The notes below the pieces were generated by a model that saw only the letters and a program-made list of their open reading frames with translations, made no database searches and had not been told where the DNA came from. Both the position numbers and the translations under genes were made by a program. Shown one piece after another: positions 1 through 13,760 of a DNA stretch of 64,000 nt. Position 1 is the first letter of the stretch, and each line of letters begins with the position of its first letter. The DNA lies in contig MU058294.1 in NCBI GenBank assembly GCA_013265495.1, forward strand, positions 1 to 64,000. The letters run 5' to 3'. The stretch is from Vicugna vicugna (lineage: Eukaryota).

Positions 1-699
1 AAAAAGAAAAGAAATCTATGGGCATCCAAGCAAATATATAAAGTCACCTATGAGGAGAAACAATCGAGTTTCAGATTTCTCCAAGCAACATTCAAAGCCA
101 GGAGACAGTAAAGGACTGTCTAAAGTCCTTAGGTAACTGTCTACAAAAACGTCCAGGGAAGACAGTATGCTCAAGAATTACGTACACAGCCAAATCTCAG
201 CTAAATAGAAAGGTTTTTTAAAAAGGCATTTTCTTACATGCAAAACCTCAGAGACACTAGTTCACACTAAATTACAAGCTCCATGAGGACAGGACTTTGT
301 TCAGTACACTGCCATATATCTAAGCCCAGAATAGTACTTCATCCATATTGTTACGACTATAAATGTGGTTTCCTTTTCCTTATAACTTCTACTTAATTGT
401 TGAGGGACTGGAGGAAGTGTGGGATTCCAAAAAAGCTAAGTGGCTGATCAATTTCTTTCTCAGTTCTGTCACTAAGAGGAAGAGGAAAGCATGGTTATCG
501 AACATCCGAAGGCCAAGATCAAGGTGCTCTGAGGTTTTTTCTTCTCTAAAATCTTATTTTTTGCCCCCTTTATGACAGTTCCTGACTACCAAAAGCCCAT
601 TCAGAAGAGCTGGGGATTTGTACTTCCTACTTGAATACATAATGGGGGCCTTGGGGTTAGACCCAAAGACCCTGTTTTCTGTCAATCATGTGGAAGTTC

Positions 700-1210
700 A
701 GCTGGTCCACATCTAGGCCACAGTCCTCCTTCATTTGATCTGTTGCAATAGCCTATTAACTGGTCTCCCTACTTCTTTCACTGCCTGCCTGACAGTACCT
801 TATTAACCCAGAGTGGCCAGGGTGATTGTTCCAAAATGTAAGTCAGGTTATATCGCTCCCTGGCTTAAAACTTTCTGTGGCTTCCCATCTTAGAATAAAA
901 ACCAATATTTCTACAGTGGCTTCCATAGCCCTGTGTGATCTGATTCCCACTTATCCCTCTGACTTGATTTTCTATATTTTGCATAACTTAACTTCTGCCC
1001 CCTCTGCTTTTGAGTTTGCTGATTCCCTTTCCTGGAGTTTTCTCACTCCTGATGTCTGCAGCACTTACTTCTTCACTTCTCCAAGAGCTTTCCTCACCTG
1101 TCACCAAACTGGAAAAGCCCTCTCTGACCACTGTGAATAAAATAACATCTCAACCAATACACTTCCTATCACTGTTCTCCTATTTTATTTTTTCCATAGC
1201 TCTTAGTACC
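700..1210 (+). mobile_element. L2 fragment
   Basis: L2-type gcaatagcctattaactggtctccct...tggcttcccatcttagaataaaa, recognised from recall. Confidence 0.7.
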
Positions 1211-2140
1211 TTTTTTTCTTACTGAGATATAATTGACATAAAACATTGTATTAGTTTCAGGTGTACAACATAATGCAATAGATGCATATGTTTTTGAAAT
1301 GATCGCCTCAGTAAGTCTAGTTCACATCCGTCACCACAGTTACAAAGTTCCTTGTGATGAGAACTTTTAAGATTTAATCTCTTAGCAACTTTCAGTGTAT
1401 AATACTACATTATTAACTAGTTACCATGCTGTGCATTACATCCCCCGGACTTACTTTGTTTTATAACTGCAAGTTTGTACTTCTTGACTATCGTCATTTA
1501 TTTCGCCCGCCCTCTACCCACCACCTCTGGCAATCAACAATCTAGTCTAGCCTCTGTATCTATGAATTTATTTATTTATTTAGATCCCAAATATAAGTGA
1601 GATCATATGATATTTGTCTTTCTCTGTCTTATTTCATTTAGTGTAATGCCCTCAAGGTCCATCCATGGTTGTTGCAAATGGCAAAATTTCATTCTTTATT
1701 ATGGCTGAATAACATTCCATTTCCATTTCTGTGTGTGTGTGTGTGTGTGCGTGTGTGTGTGTATACACACACATACCACATTTTCTTTATTCATTGATTC
1801 ACTGATGGGCACTTAGGTTGCTTCCATGTCTTGGCTACTGTAAATAATGCTGCAGTGAACATGTGGGTGCATATATCTTTTCAAGTTAGTGTTTTTGTTT
1901 TCTTCGAATAAATACCCAGAAGTGAAATCCCTGAATCATACAGTAGTTCTATTTTTAGTTTTTTGAGGCACCGCCATACTGTTTTCCATAGTGGCTGCAC
2001 CAATTTACATCCTCATCAATAGTGTACAAGGGTTCCCTTTTCTCCACACCTTTGCCAACACTTGTTTTTTATTGTCTTTTTGATAACAGCCATTCTAAAA
2101 GGTGTGAGGTGATATCTCATTGTGGTTTTGATTTGCATAC
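1211..2140 (-). mobile_element. L1 3' end fragment with (TG)n
   Basis: Antisense L1 3'UTR and ORF2 end ([17 protein letters not shown]...[15 protein letters not shown]). Confidence 0.88.
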
Positions 2141-2231
2141 CATTTTGAAAATACATACATGTTTGTGTCCCCCATCTACAATAAACCTGAAGTGTATCTC
2201 TGTGGTGTCCTAAGGGCAGGGTGTTTATTAC

Positions 2232-2350
2232 TGTAGCAGCGGCAGGATAGGCTAGGCCATGCAGTGTTAACACCACCCGGTATCAGTATTTTCACACGAC
2301 AGGCTTATTTCTCATTCATACTACGTGTCCATCACCGGCTGTGTCTGTAC
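2232..2350. mobile_element. MaLR LTR fragment (MLT1J/K-like)
   Basis: caggataggctaggccatgcagtg...ttatttctcattcatactacgtgtccatcac resembles the recalled MLT1K end. Confidence 0.5.
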
Positions 2351-3060
2351 CCTTGTCTTGCTTCCTTTCTAGTTTGTGTGGCCAGGTACTCAGTGCCTGT
2401 GGTCTCTGGCATGGGCTGGGCAGCTCCTTCTTCAATTTGGTGGTTCAAAATATAGCCAGGGAGAAGCCAAGTGACTTTTATATCTTTTGGCCTGGTGTAT
2501 ACTAGAAGCCTCTGGAAGTCTTTGTGTAGGTGGTGAACACGTGCAAACATACTGGTTTTCTAGCTTGAGGACGCTATCTTTGACTTCAGCTGTTACTTGG
2601 GTAACTCGGCTTGAGAAATCCAGTTGCACCTGCGAAGGGGGAACTGCACAGGGCCGTGTTATTATTACACCCACCTGAGGTCCAGAGTAACATCTTGCGA
2701 TTAGGGTAATGGTCCTTCTGAATCCCTTCTGCAGAGGCACCTGTGCCTTTCTCAGTGCTGCAGCCTGTCTGCTCTGAATCCATCCTGTTGTTCCTGGGTT
2801 CCATGGCTTAGGGAAGGGCTGAGGTTTGTATGTACCCCTTTCAGTTCCTATGAGAGAGAGAGAGATGGAGAGAGGGAAAGTGTTGGGGTAGGGGAAGCTG
2901 GGTGGGCAGCATAGCAAGGAAATGGGAAGTGGAGTGTGGCATTATCTGGGGGCATATCTGGGAGTTATTTTTTCCTTCTCCACAGCTGCTTTCTTGCAAT
3001 TCTGTACTTTTCCGAGAGGACTCCAGAGAAATACAACTCAGGTTTACAATTTTAAAAGCC

Positions 3061-3069
3061 ATGCTCCAG
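3061..3069 (+). CDS. ZNF850: Start-codon mini-exon coding part (MLQ); whole exon 2986-3069
   Basis: Acceptor tttccttctccacag at 2985 and aaaagccATGCTCCAG|gtgagt donor; phase 0 fits the KRAB-A exon. Typical KRAB-ZNF start exon. Confidence 0.7.
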
Positions 3070-3549
3070 GTGAGTTATTTCTTCTCCCTTGAAATACAGT
3101 GTCTTTTTTAAAACTATTTTTTAAATTGAGGTATAACTGACATATTATATAGTTTAAGGCATACAACATAATGATTAGATATTTGTGTATATCACAGAAT
3201 GATTGCCACAATAAGTCTAGTTAACATGTCCATATATAGCTACAAATTTTTTTCGTTGTGTTGAGAAGTTTTAAGATCTACTCTCTTAGCACCTTCCAAG
3301 TCTACAGTACAGTTTTGTTAACTATACTCACCATACTGTACGTTACATCCCATGACTTATTTATTTTGAAATCCTGTCGCTTGGTTTTTTTTTTTCATTT
3401 GTGTGAACATTTCTTCATCTGGAAACTTTCTTGCTCAGCTGAGCTTTATCTATGAACCCACCCCAGATCCTCCCATTCTGTCAGGGAGTGAGTGATGGCC
3501 CCCAGCAGCAGGTCTTGTCCCTTAGTGTCCCACTCTTTTCCTTTCTTCT

Positions 3550-5270
3550 CTTTTTTAACTGAAGTATAGCTGATGGACAATACCATATAATTTACAGGTG
3601 TACAATATAATGATTCACAATTTTTAAAGTTTATACTTCATTTATTGTTATTATAAAATATTGGCTATATTCTCTGTGTTGTATCCTTGTAGCTTACTTT
3701 ATACATAACAGTTCGCACCTCTTAATCCCCTACACCCCTTCTCTCCCCACTGGTAACCACTAGTTTATTCTCTATATCTGGGAGTCTGTTTTTGTTATAT
3801 TCACTAGTTTGTTGTATTTTTTAGACACCACATGTAAGTGATATCATACAGTATTTGTCTTTGACTTACTTCACTTAGCATAATACCTTCCAAGTCCATC
3901 CGTGTTGTTACAGATGGCAAGATTTCATTCTTTTGTGGCTGAGTAGTATTCCACTGTGTATATATACACCGTAACTTCTTTATCCATTCATCTGCTGATG
4001 GACGCTTAAGTTGCTTCCATACCTTGGCAATTGTAAATAATGCTGCTGTGAACATTGGGGTGCATGTATCTTTTCGAATTAGTGTTTTTGTTTATTTTGG
4101 ATATATACCGAGGAGTAGAATTGCTAGGTCATAACATAATTCTATTTTTAGTTTTTTGAGGAACCTTCATACTGTTTTCCAGAGTGGCCACACCAATTTA
4201 CATTCCCAGTAACAGTGTACGAGGGTTCCCTTTTCTTTACATTCTTGTCAACGTTTGTTATTTGTGTTTTTTGATGATAGCCATTGTGACAAGTATGAGG
4301 TGACATCTCATCGCGATTATGATTTGCATTTCCCTGATGATTAGTGATGTTGAGCATCTTTTCATGTGCCTGTTGGCCATATTCATGTCTTCTTTGGAAA
4401 AATGTCTATTCAGGTCTTCTCCCATTAAAAAATTTTTTTTTCTTGGTGAGGAGGGGAGGTAATTAGGTTTATTTATTATTTAGTTTTTAATGGAGGTACT
4501 GTGGATTGAACCCAGGACTTCATGCACACACTAGCACACACACTATCACTGAGCTATACCCTCTCCAATCTTCTGCCCATTTTTTAATTGGGTTTTTTTT
4601 CTTTTGATGTTGAGTTGTATGAGCTGTTTATAAATATTGGATATTAACACCTTGTTGTTCATAATCATTTGCAAATATATTCTCCCATTCTGTAGGTTGT
4701 TTTTTTTTGTTGTTGTTTTGATGGTTTCCTTTGCTGTGCAAAAGATTTTTTTTTTAATTGAAGTACAGTCAATTACAATGTGTCAATTTCTGGTGTACAG
4801 CACAATGTCCCCATCTTGCATATACATACATATATTCGTTTTCATATTTTTTTATCATGTTTCATTATTATTTTAATTATTACATTATTACAAGATATTA
4901 AGCATAGTTCCCTGAGATTTTAAATTTAATTAGGTCTCATTTGTTTATTTTTGCTTTAATTTCCTTTGCTTTAGGAGACAGATCCAAAAAAACATTGCTG
5001 TGATTTATGTCAGAGTGTTTTGCCTATGTTTTCCTCTAGGAATTTTATGGTTTCTGGTCTTACATTTAGTCTTTGATTCATTTTGTGTTTATTTTTCTAT
5101 ATGGTGTTAGAGAATGCTGTAGTTTCAGTCTTTCACGTGTAGCTGTCCAGTTTTCCCAGCACCACTTATTGAAGAGACTGTCTTTTCCCCATTGTATATT
5201 CTTGCCTCCTTTGTCATAGGTTAATTGACCATAAGTGTGTGGGTGTATTTCTGGGCTCTCTGTTCTGGTA
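3550..5270 (-). mobile_element. L1 3' region with nested SINE and L1 tail
   Basis: ORF2 C-terminal remnants ([15 protein letters not shown]...DEWIKK). Confidence 0.88.
4427..4567 (-). mobile_element. tRNA-derived SINE (Vic-1-like) inside an L1
   Basis: Reverse complement of ggagagggtatagctcagtg...ctgggttcaatcc, with A-tail and approximate TSD tcttct(g)cccatt. Confidence 0.85.
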
Positions 5271-6570
5271 TACTATACCGGTTCTTTTCTAACAGTGTTC
5301 CCATTTATGTGCAGTGCTCTACAATGAAGCCTAAATACATTCCATTGAGCCTCCTACGTCAGAGATGTGGTTTAATTAAGTGGAAATGATTGTTGAGTGG
5401 AATAACTCATCTTCACAAGCCTGTTTATTTTTCCTTAGTTTTTGAGTTTCCCCTTTTAAAAAAATGAAGTATTTCATGAAGTACAAAAAATAACAGAACC
5501 TAGAACAGGAAGGACTATTGAAGCCCGTTTCGTACTTGCTCTCTCAGGAGTAACCTGTAAAGAAAATTTTTCAGTCATCATTCCCTTGCATTTCACAACT
5601 ATTTTACTATATATCCCTAAACAATATGCTGTTAGGTTTTCCATAGTTTTGAACTTTTTAACAAGTAAGATTAGCTAGATGTATACGTTTTTGAGAATTT
5701 TAGTCTTTCAAAGCTGTGAAGTAACTTAGAAATCTTGTTCAGTGTCAATATCTAAAATAATGGAATGGTTATGTCTCGCTTTGAAGGCTAAGATGAAAGA
5801 TACATTCAGTTAAAGTTTATTAAAAGATTTCCTAAAAAGAATATGAAAATTAATATATGTATGTTACTATAAAAAATTCTTGAAACAAATTGGAAAACTT
5901 GAATAGAGATTAAATATTTGATGATATTAAAAAAAGAATTTGCATTATAAGGAAAAATACTTACGATTTTGTCTAAAAATGAAGATCCTTAGTATTTGGT
6001 GTACACTTTTAACTATATCAAAGTCCTATTATGTACAGTAGAGGTTTTCTTTATTTGGTAAATATTTTAGAAAGATTCTGACTTCTTCCTTTACAAAGTA
6101 AAAAAAAAAAAAACAGAAGGGAGGAGGTCATACTAAAGACTTGATTTTAAGTAGTAATTAGCATGTCAGATGTTCACTAGAAAATTCTTTCAACTTTCTT
6201 TATGTTTGAAAATCTCCACAATAAAAATATTGGTAAGTCATGGATGATCATAAGATAAATAGTAATCTGCCAGGCCTGCAGGTTGCTGTGTGTTTTCCTA
6301 CTCTATTTCATTTATTTGGGAGACTGCAGACAATTGTGTGTTTTTGTTCATTCCTAGCCCTAGGCGTGGGATAATGAGAATGTCTCACTGTACGAAGCTT
6401 TGTCTACAGCAACAAGAATATTCAAGAAGATGGAGGTACTTTGTTCTAGTTACACTCATTTTTTTTTCACTCTGCCCCATCCTTGGCCTCGCCCATTTGC
6501 TCAGTGTATTTTCTCCATCCGTCAGTGTCCTCTTCCAGGTCTTCTTTCATCTGAAAAACATTTCCTTTAA

Positions 6571-6843
<273 letters not shown>

Positions 6844-6935
6844 TGAACAGTTCTTTGTGGTACCTTTATCTCCTTGCTTTACATCTTCCTCTTGTCCTTC
6901 ATGTAGCTGCCAGTTTTCTTGAGGACTGGGTTTGA

Positions 6936-7175
<240 letters not shown>

Positions 7176-7563
7176 TGAAGGCCTATCCAAGGGCTGTGAA
7201 GAAAAGGCTTAAGACACATGGAAAAAAGTACCCTCTGTGCTATTCATCTGTCATAATTCCCTCCCATTTCAAAGCCCTTTTTCTTTAAAAGCCATCCTGT
7301 ATCACATAACTTGGATCCCCTTCTTTCCTTTTTAAATTTAAACTCATGTGTGTGTTTTTTTCTAATCTCCTAACGTGCATTTCTAAGGCCTACTATTCAT
7401 TTTTCCTACTGATAACTGATTTTTTTCCTGACTAGTTTTGCTTTGATACAGCGATTCTGTGCATTAATGGATATTCATTGACTTTTAATCAGCATCTGTT
7501 AACTTAAAAAAATTCATGTTCCTTCTTTTCTTGGTAGGTAGGAGTTAAAGTATATAAACTTGT

Positions 7564-7727
7564 GGGGGAGGGTACAGCTCAGTGGTAGGGTGCATGCCTA
7601 GCTTGCACAAGGTCCTGGGTTCAATCCCTAATACCTCCATTAAAAAAAAACACCCCAAAACCTAATTAATACCTCCCCCCCAAAAAACGAGACAATAATA
7701 AATACATAAATTAAGTAATTTTTTTAC
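7564..7727 (+). mobile_element. tRNA-derived SINE (Vic-1-like)
   Basis: A box agctcagtggt, B box ggttcaatccc, A-rich tail, TSD gtatata(a/t)act. Confidence 0.88.
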
Positions 7728-10522
7728 GTATATATACTATTAAGAGATAGTCTAATAAAGGGTCTAGAATATGGCCATAAATAGATTCCTGAAAATAGAC
7801 TCAACTATAAGACTTCTAACATGGCGCTGAGAATAAAGAGCTAAAGATATAAATATGGGAGAGTGCTGGGAGAAAAGGATATGCCTGCTTTTAGGAGGAA
7901 AAAGCACACAGAAGTGATTGAAGATAGTAACTGTAGAAGATTTAGGTGTCCAGGAAAAGGGAGACATCCATTTTCAAATAACTTGGTGACATTCTAAAGT
8001 GGGCAAAGATTGGGTTGTAAGTAGCAAAGACTGATGGATTTTTCTTTTGAAATATGACAAAAGATAAGGCTTTTTATTTTTTTAAATGTGCTTTTAAGTA
8101 ACGGAAACACTGTCCATTTTAAAAAGTGTTCTAATTGTAGGATATAGATGATTTTTAGTTTTTTTCACAGAACATTACAAATGTGTTTTAACTTTTTTTT
8201 TTACTTTTTTATGGGCAGTGGAATGGACATCCCATGAATTCATTTCCTAGCTTCAGCAATTATCAACATGTTTTTGCTCTCACTTCAGTTATCCCCATTG
8301 ACCTCTGCATCCCCCACCCCTGAAGTATTTTAAAGCAAGTACCAGACTTCATATATTTAAGTACTATTAAATATATACGTTGTTTTTCACAGTTTCTTCC
8401 ATTTAAAATTACTACTCTGATGTATCTTTATTTAGATGGGTATTTTCATATTTGATTCTAAGATGTGAGATTTCTGGGCCAAAAAAGTTTAAACCTTTTA
8501 AAGCTCCTGACATTCTAGCACAGAAATGCATGATCCAGGGAAGCTGATTTAATCAATCAGTTCAGCCAGGTATTAACTGTCGCCTTACCTAAAAGTTAAG
8601 GGTAAAGTGAAAAAGTGTGATATACCACAACTATTTTATTTTAACTGAAATCATTTAATTATGGATTTTTTTCCACCCATTTTCTGATGTCAGGGCCAGG
8701 CATTTTCTTTGAAAATGGGTCCCCTATTTGGAGATCTGCCTTACTGTTCATCCATAATAAACCCAGAAGGCATGAATCATAATTTAAGCTTTAAATTTTT
8801 TACATGAAGGGATTAACAGATTGTTGCAACCCACTGTGAATAGAGAATCCTCTGGGGCTGTGCTATTCTATACAGTAGCCACTGGCTACATGTGGCTATT
8901 TAAATTGAACTTTATAAAGTAATTAAAATAAAACATTTAATTCTGCATGCACAAGAGTACCATTTCTGGTACTCCTCATTTTTTTCCTGTGGATTCAAGT
9001 TACTTTCTGTTGTCATTTCCTTGCTCCAAATATAGCCTCCTCCTCCTCCTCTACCCTTTGTGTTATTTTTCTCATATATATTACATCTTATATGCCATAA
9101 GCCCAGTGATACAATTCTCTAATTGTTTTATGCAGTTGCCTTTTAAATTAGTTAAGAGAAAATATTACATACTTATACTGCATTTTATACTGACCTACAT
9201 GATTACCAGGAATTTTCATTTCTTCATCTAAATTCAAGTTACCATTTGGTCTCTTCTCAAGAAGCCTCAAGAACTTCTTTTATTATTTCTTGCAAGGCAG
9301 GCCTACTAACAACACATTTTTTTCAGTCTTTATCTGGAAATGTTATTATTTCACTTTTATATTTGAAGGATAGTTTTGTTTGATGGAGGATTCTTGGTTG
9401 ACACTTCTCTTTCAGCACTTCAGGTATTTCATTCTACTGTTTTCTGGCTTCTATTATTATTGATGAGAAATTAGCTGTTAATTTTATTGTCATTTCACCA
9501 TATACATGTTGAGTTTTTTTTTTTCCTGTTGCTTTCAAAGTTTTCTCTTTGTATTTAACTGTTTGGCTAGGATGTGACTTAGTGTGGATCTGTTTGTATT
9601 TATCCCATTTGGAGTTCACTTAACTTGGAAATGTAGATTGTTTTTCATCTAACATGGTATGTTTCTTCAAATATCATTTCTGCCCTGTTCTCTCTTCCTT
9701 TTCTGGGACTCTCATTACATGTATGTTGCTATACTTGGTCATGTCTCACAGGTCTCTTTTTTTCTGTTTTTCAGATTGTACAATCTCTGTTGCTCTACCT
9801 TCAAGTTCACTGAATTTTTTTTTCCATCAACTCACATCTACTGTTGATCTCCTCTAGTGAATTTTTCATTTCAGTTAGTGAATTTTTCAATTCTGGGATT
9901 TCCATTTGGTTTGTTTGTATAATTTTTATTGATATTCTCTAATGAGTTATTGTTCCTTACTTCTTAAATAGGATTTCTTTTAGTTTTTTGGACTTGTTTA
10001 TAATAGCTGCTTTGAAGTCCTCTTCTTGGCTTCCCGAGGACAGTTTCAAGTGATTGCTTTTTCCCCTTATGAATAGGTCCTACTTACTGGTTTTTTGTGT
10101 GTCTTATGATTTTTGTTGAAAACTCATTTCATATAATATAGTAAGTACATCACCTCTGATCCCTCTAGGAGTAGCTGTTGTTGCTGCTTTTTTTTTTTTA
10201 ACTTCAACTTTGTGTCTTCATGTATTTCTTCTTTTAATGAGACTGGAGTTTCTCTTTCCTTAACTGTTTCGTTTATTCAAATTACTGATGTATTTGAACT
10301 TGTTAACCATTTTACTTTGTGCTATTTATCCTACTTCTTCTGTTTTTATTTTTTGTTGTTTGTTTCATTTTGTACTGTTTTGGGTTGATTTGGATATGAA
10401 GTTTAAAAAATAAAATTTATTCCAGTGTTTACTTTTATTCTACTGATTAGGAAGTTGAAAGCAGTTGAAAGCACAGACTCTGGAGCCAGACCGCTTGTAT
10501 TCAAATCGTGGCTGTGTCATTT

Positions 10523-10768
10523 TTTTTTTTAATATATTTTTTGGAGGGTGGGGAGTATATAGCTCAGTGGTAGAGCTGCTGCTTTGCATGCACAAGGTCC
10601 TGGGTTAATTGGATATTAACCCCAGACATACGATTTACATATTTTCTACTGTTCAGTAGATTGCCTTTTCATTTTGTTGATGGTTTCCTTTGCTGTGCAG
10701 AAACCTTTTAGTTTGATGTAGTCCCATTTGTTTATTTTTGCTTTTGTTGCCTTTGCTTGTGGTGTCAT
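10523..10768. mobile_element. Composite SINE/L1 insert inside a MIR (MIR about 10465-11125)
   Basis: Poly-T, + strand SINE head and - strand L1 ORF2 fragment, bounded by tggct(g/c)tg(t/c)cattt repeats at 10509-10522 and 10769-10782. Confidence 0.7.
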
Positions 10769-10898
10769 TGGCTCTGCCATTTAATAGCTATGACTTTTGG
10801 CAACTCCCTTATCCTCTCTGGGCTTCTGCTTTCTCATTCTAAACATAGATGGTAGTGATACCTACTCATAGGATTCTTGAGATTTATTAAAATTAGTT

Positions 10899-11074
10899 CA
10901 ATAAACAAGAAGTTTATACTGTATAGTACAGGGAACTATTTTCAATATCTTGTAGTAACTTATAGTGAAAAAGAATGTGAAAATGAATGTATGTTGTGTT
11001 CCTATATGACTGAAGTATTGTGCTGTACACCAGAAATTGACACATTAGAAATTGAGTATACTTCAATAAAAAAA
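10899..11074 (+). mobile_element. Short L1 3' tail inserted in the same MIR
   Basis: TSD attaaaattagtt at 10886-10898 and 11075-11087. Confidence 0.85.
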
Positions 11075-12470
11075 ATTAAAATTAGTTGATATGTGTAAAG
11101 CAGTTCCTGGCCCATGGCAAGCACAGTTTGTTAGTCTTTTCCCTTTTCTTTTAGTTCTTATTCTTGAAATTTCATCATATGTAATTAAAGTGTAAATCAG
11201 TATCTTTATCATAATATTCTCAAGCAATTATAGATTTAAGAAATGTTATAATTTCAGTCCCCCATTTTCTGGCTCATATGCTATTATTATTCAGAATTTT
11301 AATGTTATTAGGTAAACATTACTGTTTTATTACACACATTGACTCTTTACATTTTCCAATCTCTTACATTTTCTTCTTAGTTACTCTTTTGGGGATCATT
11401 TTCATTTTTTTCTGAAGTAAATCCTTAGAAGTTTCTTTTTGTTCTTGAGAAACTCTTATAATTCTGTTTATCTGAAAATGATCCAAGGTAAAATAAAGAC
11501 ATTTTCAGATGAACAGAATTAAGAATTAACCATGAACAGAAGGAAACTTCTAAGCATATACTTTAGAAAAAAATTCAAATGATTCCAGAAAGAAAAATTC
11601 ATCAGTTCTGAATAAATTTTAGCTTTTACATCTTTGAATATAGTTTCATTCCTGTTCTTTTTTGGAAGACTGATAAGATCTTTGTCTTTTCTTCATGCTT
11701 CTGAACCTCACTTTCATAGTTCCAGTCTCTTTTTCTCTATATATTATGTGATATGAAATTTCTTCAGAGCCGTCATCTAGTTACTGATTCTCTCATGAGT
11801 TGTATCTGATTTGCTACTTCATCAGTCCAGTGAGATTTTGTTGTTGATGCTTTTCTTTCTCTTTCCTGTAATTTATGTGCTAAAGAAACTGGATCATTTT
11901 CCTGTTATTTAACATGTACTTCTCTCCACTTCATTCCCTTTACTTCTATAAACAAGCTGTATTAGTATTGTGTGTTTTATCAGGAAGCTTATGTCCAGCT
12001 GTTTCTCTTGTGGTGTTAGCAGTCATTCTTGATTTCATCCTCTAAAAATTACCAAATAATTTAAAAATTATCATTATAAACTCATAGATTTAACAAATAT
12101 TTTGTGCTTAATCAGTTATCAAACTTATACTCAAAATGTCCCATCTTTGACCAGCGGGAACCTCTTCAAATTGGTTTCTGAGTCCTTTTGACATGATCCT
12201 AGGAAGTTTTGATAGCTTTTTTGTTTTTCTAATATGGCACTTTGCTCCAAGCTCATAATATACATTTTTTGCCCTGTTCCCAGAGATGCTCTAAGGAGCC
12301 CTAATTCTTTGGAGTGGGAAATGGTACTTACAGACAGCAGACTAGTCATTAGCCTGCTCAAGCTGCTGGGCTGGTCACTGTTTCTAAGACTTCAGTGGAT
12401 GAGACTAGGAAGTATTTTTAAGAAACGTGTTATGACTCCATTCTCGTATTTCCAATTCATCCACTGACTT

Positions 12471-12590
12471 CTTTTTTTTTAACATTTTTTTACTGAGTTA
12501 TAGTCATTTTACAATGTTGTGTCAAATTCCAGTGTAGAACACAATTTTTCAGTTATACATGGACATATATATATATTCATTGTCACATTT
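12471..12590 (-). mobile_element. 120-bp L1 3' tail
   Basis: Reverse complement of about 54305-54415; TSD ttcatccactgactt at 12456-12470 and 12591-12605. Confidence 0.9.
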
Positions 12591-12714
12591 TTCATCCACT
12601 GACTTTTAAATTTCAGTTATTTCATTTTTTTTCTTTTTATTTTCAGAAGTTCCATTTGGATCTTTAAAAAAAATTTTGCCTGGTCATTTTGCCAATCAGT
12701 TGTTACCTTCTCAT

Positions 12715-13760
12715 TTAAAAAAAAATAAACTTTTAGTTTTAATTTACAGAAAAGTTGTAAAGAAAGTACTGAGAGTCCCCATATACCCCACACTGTTCCC
12801 CCTACTATTAACATCTTTCATTCGTACATTTGTCATAATGAACCAATATTGATCCATTATTACTAATGAAAGCCCATACTTTACACAGATTTCCTTAGTT
12901 TTTATCTAATGTCCTTTTTTTTCTGTTCCAGGATCCCATCCAGGATACCACACACATCTAGTTATCATGTCTCCTTAGGCTCCTCTTGGCTGTGACAGTT
13001 TCTCAGACTTCCCTTGTTTGTGATGACCTTGACAGTTTTGAGGAGTACTGGTCAAGTATTTTATAGACTGTCTCTCATTGAGACCTGTCTGGTACTTTCT
13101 GCATGATTAGACTGCGGTTATGGGTTTTTTGGGAGGAAAACCACAGAGGTAAAGTGCCATTCTCATCACATAATATCATGGGTCCATACATGGTAACATA
13201 ACATTGATGACGTTAACCTCGCTCACCTGGCCGAGGTAGTGTTTGTCAGGTTTCTCTGCTGTAAAGTTACTTTTTCCCCCCTTTCCATACTATACTTTTT
13301 GGAAGGAAGACACTATGCACAATCCACACTTAAGGAAAGGGAGTTATGTTCCACCTCCTTGGGGCAGAGTGTCTACATAAGTTATTTAGAATTCTTCTAC
13401 ACAGGAGATTTGTCTATTCTTCTCCCATTTATTTATTTATTCAATATTTTATTTTTTTCAGTATGGACTCATGAATATTTGTTTTATATTTTGAGTTATA
13501 AATTTAATGCTACTTTACTATTTGTTGCTCAGCTTGTTCCAGCTTTGACCACTGGGAGCTCTTTCAAGGGGTTTCAGTGTCCCTTTGATGTACCCTATCA
13601 TTGTGGGTTTCCTTACTTCTGATATATAAGATGCTCCAGACTCCTTCTGTATATTAACTCTTCCAGACCTAGAATCAACAATTTCTTGAAATAGCCCTGG
13701 TTCCATTTACTGGAGAATATTATTAGGAATCAAGATCTGGGTACTTGGTATACCTGTTGA
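12715..13760 (-). mobile_element. Old L1 (L1MC-like) 3' UTR
   Basis: ttccaggatcccatccaggatacc...gtttctcagacttcccttgttt...gttttgaggagtactggtca, recognised from recall. Confidence 0.7.

Noticed and set aside
2432..2917. 161-aa - strand ORF
   Set aside because: No recognisable motif; runs through a (GA)n tract in intronic sequence.
7564..7640. tRNA-like sequence with A and B boxes
   Set aside because: SINE head with tail and TSD, present in several dispersed copies; not a tRNA gene.
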